DNA of 64,000 nt from a virus (Duplodnaviria; Caudoviricetes): positions 26,580-90,579 of IMG/VR virus record IMGVR_UViG_3300038673_000493, one strand, 5' to 3'. Shown here piece by piece: positions 57,834 to 64,000 of this stretch. The notes under the pieces were generated by a model that saw nothing but the letters and a program-made list of their open reading frames with translations, was not told the origin of the DNA and did no database searches. Position numbers and translations under genes: made by a program. Numbering within the stretch: position 1 is the first letter of the stretch; each line of letters begins with the position of its first letter.

Positions 57834-58426
57834 GTGTTTTTTTATATTTTTTTTATATTTTTTATCACTTTTAATTATTTAATATTATTAATGTTTTTAC
57901 CTAACTATTGATTATTACTGTCTTTTTGTCTTTTAAGCAAGAGACAGCGCCGACGGCTGGATTGTTATCGCCATTACCTGGTAATGGTTCCATTCCGCCT
58001 ACCTAATATTTTCCGAAGGCACCTTCGACAATTCCGCTGACTTCTATACATCACTACTGTATATGATGCTTTATTTCGCGGTAGAATGTGGTATCCCATA
58101 ATCTTTGTTCATAAACAATAAATCATATTAATTGATCTTAAATAATGGCAAACGGCGTTTAAACAAGAAATCCTGGTTTTAAAAATAAAATAGGAAAATT
58201 GAATCGGAAAAGGGTTTCCTTCGGAAGGAAAGTTTTATTTAGAAAAAAGTTTCCTTTTCCAGGAACTTTATTGCCAGGAAAGAAAGTAATTTGAGTCCGT
58301 CCCGAGGATCGGAAATAAAGCCGAACCCAAAGCGGATAGAAAAGCCGGTCCAACGGATGGATTCAATATAGATAGAACCGCGGATTGGTTATTCGGAAAG
58401 GGCGGATCCGGGTGGAGAGGCGGTAC

Positions 58427-58484
58427 CTTTTCCCTTTCTTTCCTCTCCTATTTTCCTTTTCCCTTTCTTTCCTCTCCTATTTTC
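58427..58484. repeat. 29-bp pyrimidine-rich tandem duplication
   Basis: CTTTTCCCTTTCTTTCCTCTCCTATTTTC x2. Confidence 0.85.
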
Positions 58485-59026
58485 CTTTCCCGTTTCCTTT
58501 TAAATCACCATTTCCGCTTATACAAGAATTTCCTTTTTATAAACCCAACCAACCTACCATTCCTACCTACCTACCTTCCTTTTAAAAACATTTAAACAAT
58601 CAATTCCTTTTTAACAAGACTTTTATCTTTGATTCCTTTTTAAACAAAACTTCTTTTTTCTTTTGAAACCGATTCCTTTTATTAACTCCTTTTTATACAA
58701 TCATTCTTACATTGTTTATAGTTTTTACTTCCTTCCTTTTTCTTCTTTTATTATTGGTTTTATTATTGTTTTTGTTTCCTTTAATGGTTTTAATTTGTTT
58801 TCCTTTTATCTTCGATTTTTTGTTTCCATTGTCGATTGATTTATCCTTGGATATTATTTACCTTTGTCTTTAATTATTTGGATATTATTTATTTTCTTTT
58901 TGGATTATTTTTCGTCAGAAATTTGTGAGAAATCCTTGTGGGAAATTCTTATTTTCGGAAATTCTTTTCCTCGAACCGTTGTGGAACTGTTTATTTTGCT
59001 TCAAAAACATTTTTTTGTCTTTTTTC

Positions 59027-59055
59027 TTGACAAAACTATATGGTTTCTTTATACT
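59027..59055 (+). promoter_or_regulatory. strong sigma70 promoter (rightward, early operon)
   Basis: TTGACA-17 nt-TATACT with T-tract upstream. Confidence 0.88.
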
Positions 59056-59061
59056 TTGCTT

Positions 59062-59623
59062 GACAATTGAATAGTAGTTGATAGCTGACGAGATTACAAC
59101 ATAGTCAGAGAGATTGAACCAGAAAGCATTGCTTTCGCATCGAAGTATGATGTTAACCGCACTTTCACATAACGATTCTTTAATGATGCGAATCATGATC
59201 GAATCCGCTAGAAAAAAATGCTGTTGACCACAAGACTACAGAGCGTGGTTTAAAAACGATTAGATCAGCGAACAGTTATTTTTGACGAAAAAAGCGAAAG
59301 TCCTAGTGAACTTCTCTTGAGCTGACTGGTTAGACAATATGCTATCTGGGAACAATCACTTTGCAGACATGATGAAAAGACTCGTTTCGGGTATAGTCAG
59401 AAAATATTTGATTATTATGTCATGAGCAAACATATTTGGGTAAGAACGTCACGAAAATCTGTTCGGCAAAATCAGTAGACGGATCGCACTAGGCACTCTC
59501 TTTCTTTTCTCCTTCAGATCGTTGTCCGTGCATTATTGACAATGATCTGTTTGACGGGCAAGAAGAAATTCTTGCCCGTCTTGTTTGAATGCTCAAACAG
59601 AAATGGTTGAGCATTGAAACAAG
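59062..59623 (+). ncRNA. candidate large structured RNA / long leader
   Basis: No + strand ORF of 60 aa or more for about 590 nt after the promoter; strong hairpins at 59515-59549, 59553-59580 (GAAA loop) and 59580-59623. Confidence 0.5.
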
Positions 59624-59649
59624 TCTAACTTGAAAGGAGAAAGAAAGAT

Positions 59650-60147
59650 ATGGAGCAAGCTAAAGACAAAAAAGCTTATTACGGTTACATCTTGATGGAG
59701 CGATTTGGCAGTCAACGAGTACGTCATTTCCGAAAATCAACTGCACGTCGGTTAAGCGTAGCTGAAGCTCGAATCCACGATTTGATAAGAAATGGTCGTT
59801 GGACAAACGAAAGAATCTTTGAAATCTGGGATGGAATCAATCCAAAATTGATTATCACATGCAGAAAAAACGAAAATGGAAATATCGTGATTACCAAAAA
59901 AGACTACTTTAAAGAGTATGTTGGTTTCATTGAGACACGAAAAGGAAAAATTTTCGTGAATGATGTAGTTGGTCGTGACAGAGACTATTTTTTGGCAACA
60001 AAGAATAGACGAAATATCACGATCGGAGCAAGAGCGGGTGATTTGACTTCTTTTGTCAAAAAAGAAGCAATGGACAAAGTTCTTTGTCAAAAAGTATCTG
60101 CTCGGGGTTACAAAGTATCAGAAAAAGTCACAAAACGGGAGTTCTGA
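59650..60147 (+). CDS. early hypothetical protein
   Basis: AAAGGAGAAAG RBS. Confidence 0.75.
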   Translation: MEQAKDKKAYYGYILMERFGSQRVRHFRKSTARRLSVAEARIHDLIRNGRWTNERIFEIWDGINPKLIITCRKNENGNIVITKKDYFKEYVGFIETRKGKIFVNDVVGRDRDYFLATKNRRNITIGARAGDLTSFVKKEAMDKVLCQKVSARGYKVSEKVTKREF

Positions 60148-60153
60148 AAAGAA

Positions 60154-60221
60154 TGCAGAGAGACAACGATGGTCAAAGATCATCGTTGGTAATGCACAGT
60201 TTCGGTCTCAAGTCCGAAATA
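60154..60221 (+). ncRNA. twister ribozyme 1 (permuted, P5-type); predicted cut 60190/60191
   Basis: GCA-GA-GAG, P1 hairpin, U|AA-UGC-AC, P4 UUUCGG/CCGAAA with loop UCUCAAGU. Confidence 0.85.
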
Positions 60222-60243
60222 CTAACTTAAAAGGAGAAAGAAA

Positions 60244-60615
60244 ATGAAAGAGAAAAAGAATCCTCGGGAAGAAATCGTTGTGGTCTTTTCTGATGAAATG
60301 CCGGATGAGGACATTCAATTATTGGCAGAAGATGTTGAAGAAACGAGCTTCATGATTTTGGAAGTTTTCGACAACGGAAACAAAGTGATTGCTGATATTC
60401 CTTCAGAAATCCCCGATCCAGACTTCAAAGGAACTCTTGAAGAATATTGGATGGATGTTCTGAATGAAACAAAATGTCCATGCTGTCATCCGATTGAAGA
60501 ATCACAAATTGCTGTTTGGGCAGTTTATCGTTTGAAAGATTTCATCAAAAAGGATAAGAAATTGAATCCCAAGATAGGCGGAGCTTACAGAGACATTTGG
60601 GAAAAGTATCTGTAG
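60244..60615 (+). CDS. early acidic hypothetical protein
   Basis: Conserved RBS; CPCCH. Confidence 0.75.
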   Translation: MKEKKNPREEIVVVFSDEMPDEDIQLLAEDVEETSFMILEVFDNGNKVIADIPSEIPDPDFKGTLEEYWMDVLNETKCPCCHPIEESQIAVWAVYRLKDFIKKDKKLNPKIGGAYRDIWEKYL

Positions 60616-60618
60616 CAT

Positions 60619-60684
60619 TGCAGAGAGGACGGAGTCAGAAATGACTTCGTTTAATGCACACTTCTGGTCTCAAGTCCAGAAAAT
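60619..60684 (+). ncRNA. twister ribozyme 2; predicted cut 60652/60653
   Basis: T2 GAG/CUC; P4 UUCUGG/CCAGAA. Confidence 0.85.
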
Positions 60685-60710
60685 AGAGAGAGAAAGAAAG
60701 GAGTAGGAAA

Positions 60711-60884
60711 ATGATTTCGGAAAAGTTTTTGCTGAAATGCTATGCGGAAACGGGGAATCGTAAATTCTTGCAGAGAGCCAAAGCAATTGCAAAATCAGAA
60801 AGGTATGCAAAAGACAAACGATTCCGAGAAATTGAAACAACAAATCGTGATGTATTCCCTTCCCTAGCTGAATGTCAAAGATAG
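60711..60884 (+). CDS. early small protein (57 aa)
   Basis: AAGGAG RBS; fills the space between ribozymes 2 and 3. Confidence 0.65.
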   Translation: MISEKFLLKCYAETGNRKFLQRAKAIAKSERYAKDKRFREIETTNRDVFPSLAECQR

Positions 60885-60886
60885 CT

Positions 60887-60953
60887 TGCAGAGGGCATGA
60901 AGTCATAAATGGCTTCATGTAATGCACAATCTCCGTCCCAAGTCGGAGAAATA
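60887..60953 (+). ncRNA. twister ribozyme 3; predicted cut 60920/60921
   Basis: T2 GGG/CCC; P4 UCUCCG/CGGAGA. Confidence 0.85.
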
Positions 60954-60978
60954 AAAATTGAAAAGGAGAAAAAAAGAA

Positions 60979-61161
60979 ATGGGAGAAAACAATTACAGCG
61001 TGGAAGTAAAAGGTAAGGAAATGATCATTCGGATAGACCTGTCACAAAATTTGGGCAGAAGTCAGTCAGGAAAAAACATTCTTGTTGCTTCTTCCAAGGG
61101 CAATCAGTTCATTGAAAAAGCCGGAGTAACACTCGGTCTCAATGTTTACAAGAAAGCCTAA
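60979..61161 (+). CDS. early small beta-rich protein (60 aa)
   Basis: IDLSQNLGRSQSGKNILVASSKGN...LGLNVY. Confidence 0.75.
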   Translation: MGENNYSVEVKGKEMIIRIDLSQNLGRSQSGKNILVASSKGNQFIEKAGVTLGLNVYKKA

Positions 61162-61163
61162 AT

Positions 61164-61230
61164 TGCAGAAGGGTCGGAGTCAGAAATGGCTCCGATTAAT
61201 GCGCCTATCAGGTCCTAAGCCCTGATAAAA
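61164..61230 (+). ncRNA. twister ribozyme 4; predicted cut 61197/61198
   Basis: Both pseudoknots covary: T2 AGG/CCU, T1 GC/GC; loop UCCUAAGC. Confidence 0.88.
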
Positions 61231-61257
61231 TCAAACGCATTAAAAGGAGAAAGAAAG

Positions 61258-61890
61258 ATGAAAAAGAATGAGAAAAACCTGGCAAAGACGACAAAGAAGG
61301 CTGATGCAAAAGCGGATGCAAAAGCGAAAATCACCTTGACGCCGAAAGCAAATGTGGCACCGGTAGCAGAGTCAAAAGGACCAGACCGTCCTGAAATGCC
61401 TGCTAATTTCTGTCTCACGAAAAAAGAGTGGGATTCGGATGCTACAGGTTTCGATGCCACAAGCAATCAGTGCAAAGCTTGCGGGAAAGATTTTCCTGAT
61501 ACTTGCAAAGTTTGCAAAACCCGTGCAGAGTTTCTGGCTTCTAAAGCGAAGGAAGCAAAAGTCAGAAAAGCTGGTGGTCTCCGCAAGACAAGTTCTACTT
61601 CCGGTATTCCCCCGCAGACAAAGATCATTGATGACGGTCTGCTGGCAAAACTGCCGAAGTCAGAAATTGTCACGAATCTAGCAATGGCTCACTATGGTGG
61701 CAATGGAGAAGCAAATATTGCTCTTGCAACAAAACGGTTTGATCGGCATCTGAAGTCGATCAAAGACGGTTCTTATGTCAGAGCGGCAACGGTCGTCAAT
61801 TGCATTGCTTATCTGTCGGCAAAAGCTGTTAAAGCAGAGCAGGCACCGGCAAAAGCATCGGCAAAGGTTACTTCTTCTAAAAAGAAGTAG
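61258..61890 (+). CDS. early basic protein: Cys cluster + HTH-like domain, Lys/Ala-rich ends
   Basis: C..CKAC..CKVC; QTKIID...EI...L...ATKRFDRHL. Confidence 0.8.
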   Translation: MKKNEKNLAKTTKKADAKADAKAKITLTPKANVAPVAESKGPDRPEMPANFCLTKKEWDSDATGFDATSNQCKACGKDFPDTCKVCKTRAEFLASKAKEAKVRKAGGLRKTSSTSGIPPQTKIIDDGLLAKLPKSEIVTNLAMAHYGGNGEANIALATKRFDRHLKSIKDGSYVRAATVVNCIAYLSAKAVKAEQAPAKASAKVTSSKKK

Positions 61891-61902
61891 CGAATGATTC
61901 AT

Positions 61903-61976
61903 TGCAGAGGGACAAGGGGTCAGAAATTCTTCTGGCTCCTTGGTAATGCACAATTTCAGTCCCAAGTCTGAAAATA
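61903..61976 (+). ncRNA. twister ribozyme 5; predicted cut 61944/61945
   Basis: 12-bp P1 with wobbles; P4 UUUCAG/CUGAAA. Confidence 0.85.
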
Positions 61977-61999
61977 AACGAGAAAAGGAGAAGGGAGTT

Positions 62000-62110
62000 A
62001 TGAAAAGGAAAGACATAAGAATCATAAGAAAAGCAATTGAATGGGCTTTGAGAGCATTAGTTATTGGCATTCTTGTGGGAATCGTTTATATGATTGTAAC
62101 AATCCCGTAA
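62000..62110 (+). CDS. early small membrane protein (36 aa)
   Basis: MKRKDIRIIRKAIEWALRALVIGILVGIVYMIVTIP*. Confidence 0.65.
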   Translation: MKRKDIRIIRKAIEWALRALVIGILVGIVYMIVTIP

Positions 62111-62111
62111 T

Positions 62112-62173
62112 TGCAGAGGGAGCGGAGTCAAAAACTCCGCTTAATGCACAATCACCGTCCCAAGTCGGTGAAG
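62112..62173 (+). ncRNA. twister ribozyme 6; predicted cut 62142/62143
   Basis: P1 GCGGAGU/ACUCCGC; P4 UCACCG/CGGUGA. Confidence 0.85.
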
Positions 62174-62190
62174 AAAGGAGAAAGAAAGAA

Positions 62191-62496
62191 ATGAACTACC
62201 AAGAAGTGAGGAAAAAAGCGAAAGAGTTCAAAGAAGTATCCAAAGAATTGGATGATCGTTTAATAAAAATTGCCAATATGACATGGCAAACAATTGCTGG
62301 AGATGTTTTTGATTGTATCGGCAAAGATACAATGAAAAGATCCGAAGTTATTGAATGCGTAGGGGATGCGGACTACATGTTCACACATGGAAACGATCCT
62401 GAAGCTTATGCTTATTTTCTTTACCTGTTCCATAACAATGAAAAACATCTTCAGAAAGTTATGAAACAGGCTTTTCCGTATGCAAAATATTGTTAG
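62191..62496 (+). CDS. early hypothetical protein (101 aa)
   Basis: Conserved RBS before ATG 62191. Confidence 0.75.
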   Translation: MNYQEVRKKAKEFKEVSKELDDRLIKIANMTWQTIAGDVFDCIGKDTMKRSEVIECVGDADYMFTHGNDPEAYAYFLYLFHNNEKHLQKVMKQAFPYAKYC

Positions 62497-62557
62497 CAGA
62501 GGGGGCGGAGCTTCTGCTCCGTCTAATGCACACTTGCCGTCCCAAGTCGGCAAAATA
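62496..62557 (+). ncRNA. twister ribozyme 7; predicted cut 62524/62525
   Basis: P1 GGCGGAGC/GCUCCGUC; P4 UUGCCG/CGGCAA; starts at the G of the UAG stop. Confidence 0.85.
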
Positions 62558-62582
62558 GAGAGAGAAAGAAAGGAGAAAGAAA

Positions 62583-62759
62583 ATGCCAACAGAACAATTA
62601 TTGCTGCCGAAAGAAGATCCTAAAGAAGTCTTTTTTTACAAACATGGAGATATTGCTGTTATGAATCCAGCAACTCCGGGAGTTCCTGTTCGAGCTTTCT
62701 TCATTACAAGAAATGATCTAAATGGGTTATGGGGCATATTTATTGGACAAACAAGATAG
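62583..62759 (+). CDS. early small protein (58 aa)
   Basis: Conserved RBS; MPTEQLLLPKEDPKEVFFYKHG...GQTR*. Confidence 0.65.
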   Translation: MPTEQLLLPKEDPKEVFFYKHGDIAVMNPATPGVPVRAFFITRNDLNGLWGIFIGQTR

Positions 62760-62821
62760 CAGAGGGGACGGAGCTAAAAACTCCGTCTAATGCACAATCA
62801 CCGTCCCAAGTCGGTGAAATA
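62759..62821 (+). ncRNA. twister ribozyme 8; predicted cut 62788/62789
   Basis: P1 GACGGAG/CUCCGUC; P4 UCACCG/CGGUGA. Confidence 0.85.
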
Positions 62822-62844
62822 AAAGAGAAAAGGAGAAAAAGAAA

Positions 62845-63159
62845 ATGAGCAAGCGACAGGAAGAAATTCAGGAAGCCCTTCGGTTAGAGGCAGAAAAAAA
62901 ATTGGCGATAGAGCTGGTTGAAAAACTGGCTAATTATGTGAACATAATGGGCAGAGATTATGCTCCATTTATCGAAAGACTTATTTACGGAACCCATCGA
63001 ACATTGCAACAATCTGTTTTTGGACTGTTTTTACAATGCATTAAAGGTTTTGCTGAATTACCAGAAAGATATACTGATCCTCGTAATGAAGCAACCGTTG
63101 AAGTTTGTAAGAAAATCATGGAAGCAGTGGAAGGCAGAACGAGACTTCCTTTGATTTAG
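62845..63159 (+). CDS. early hypothetical protein
   Basis: HRTLQQ...RNEA motifs; conserved RBS. Confidence 0.75.
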   Translation: MSKRQEEIQEALRLEAEKKLAIELVEKLANYVNIMGRDYAPFIERLIYGTHRTLQQSVFGLFLQCIKGFAELPERYTDPRNEATVEVCKKIMEAVEGRTRLPLI

Positions 63160-63174
63160 CGTTCAGAAAAATTT

Positions 63175-63236
63175 TGCAGAGAGGTCGGAGCAATAGCTCC
63201 GATTAATGCACAATCCCAGTCTCAAGTCTGGGAAAT
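63175..63236 (+). ncRNA. twister ribozyme 9; predicted cut 63204/63205
   Basis: T2 GAG/CUC; P1 UCGGAGC/GCUCCGA; P4 UCCCAG/CUGGGA. Confidence 0.85.
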
Positions 63237-63260
63237 AAAAAGAAAAGGAGAAAGAAAGAA

Positions 63261-63281
63261 ATGGAAGAGAAAATCATTTGA
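63261..63281 (+). pseudogene. interrupted early gene start (MEEKII*)
   Basis: Full conserved RBS, then a stop after 6 codons at the edge of the endonuclease cassette. Confidence 0.55.
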
Positions 63282-63306
63282 CAATTTATCCTAAATAAAA
63301 TATACT
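63278..63306 (+). promoter_or_regulatory. sigma70 promoter of the GIY-YIG cassette
   Basis: TTGACA-17 nt-TATACT, then AAGGAG RBS. Confidence 0.85.
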
Positions 63307-63326
63307 CCAAATAAAAAGGAGTATTT

Positions 63327-64000
63327 ATGAAAAAAGAATATTATGTTTACATTTACTTGGATACAAGTAAACCAGGTAAATATGTTTATGGAGAATACAA
63401 ATTTTTACATGAGCCTATTTATGTGGGAAAAGGTAAACGCAAAAGAGCCTATTATTATGAAAAAAGAAACAAATACCTTAAAAATAAAATAAAAAAAATA
63501 GGAAAACCCATTATTTTAATAATAACAAAGGATTTGGAAGAATCAAAAGCATTTGAATTAGAAAAATTTTTAATTGCTTTAATAGGTAGAAAAGATTTAG
63601 GAAAAGGACCATTATGTAATTTTACGGATGGTGGAGAAGGACCGAGTGGAAACATTCGATCCAAAGAAACAAGAAAGAAAATGTCCATTGCTAAAAAAGG
63701 AAGAATTGTTTCCGAAGAAACAAGAAAAAAATTATCCGATATTAATAAAGGCAAAGTAATGCCTGAATCGGTTAAAGAAAAAATAAAAAATACTTTAATG
63801 GGAACACACAGATCGGAAAAAACAAAATTGAAAATTTCTTTAGGTCATAGAACTTCAATGCTTGATAAATCTAAATCACAAACAACCCGAGATAAAATGA
63901 GAAAAGCAAATTTAGGTAAAACATTATCACAAACAACCCGAGATAAAATGAGAAAAGCAAATTTAGGTAAAACATTATCACAAACAACCCGAGATAAAAT
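63327..64000 (+). mobile_element. GIY-YIG homing endonuclease with NUMOD3 repeats (partial, runs off the window)
   Basis: YVYIYLD...PIYVGKG...E...NFTDGGEG, then (R/V)SxETRKK(M/L)S repeats. Confidence 0.88.
63876..64000 (+). repeat. exact 51-bp tandem repeat (17-aa NUMOD3 unit), about 2.5 copies
   Basis: Units start at 63876, 63927 and 63978. Confidence 0.9.

Noticed and set aside
59085-59091. CTGACGA as a hammerhead ribozyme core
   Set aside because: No properly placed stem II/GAAA/stem III; CTGAC instead pairs with GTCAG just downstream
58159-59196. Several 64-93 aa ORFs in the spacer
   Set aside because: Low-complexity Phe/Leu-rich translations without RBS; by-products of base skew
59553-59586. 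Hairpin as a definite intrinsic terminator
   Set aside because: U-tract is weak (TTGTTT) and pairs in the next hairpin; treated as part of the candidate structured RNA
60154-63236. Early intergenic repeats as a CRISPR array or repeated promoters
   Set aside because: The spacers are whole genes; the repeats conserve pairing rather than sequence; TTGCAG-to-TAATGC spacing is variable and too long for sigma70; no cas genes
63876-64000. 51-bp repeat as a regulatory or CRISPR-like array
   Set aside because: In-frame NUMOD3 coding units with no spacers; at the window edge and possibly assembly-inflated
1-64000. tRNA, rRNA, integrase, helicase/primase, tail sheath, DGR reverse transcriptase
   Set aside because: None recognisable in this window by eye; helicase/primase probably lie outside it

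Overview
About 64 kb of an AT-rich tailed dsDNA phage genome. It is siphovirus-like (tail tube and 1714-aa tape measure, no sheath gene seen), and its spanins imply a diderm host. The + strand from 1 to 16.6 kb is a DNA modification/replication/recombination operon: TGT/DpdA-like protein, N4C/N6A methyltransferase, sliding clamp, UDG-PolA fusion, clamp loader, UvsY-like mediator, SSB, RecA, flap nuclease, Holliday junction resolvase and split SbcCD. The - strand from 16.7 to 56.9 kb holds lysis, fibre, tail, head and packaging genes plus two glycosylation loci. One is a GT4-heptosyltransferase-methyltransferase fusion near a Gly-Thr-Ser repeat fibre; the other is a five-gene sugar cluster between portal and prohead protease. 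The stretch from 57 to 64 kb is the probable genome-end/early region and has the most unusual features: (1) nine circularly permuted twister-type ribozymes, one in each intergenic space of the early operon, with covarying stems and pseudoknots; (2) a 664-bp transcription unit with no GG or CC dinucleotide; (3) a roughly 590-nt ORF-free structured leader carrying an anti-Shine-Dalgarno tract. All calls come from reading motifs by eye; no database searches or folding programs were run.
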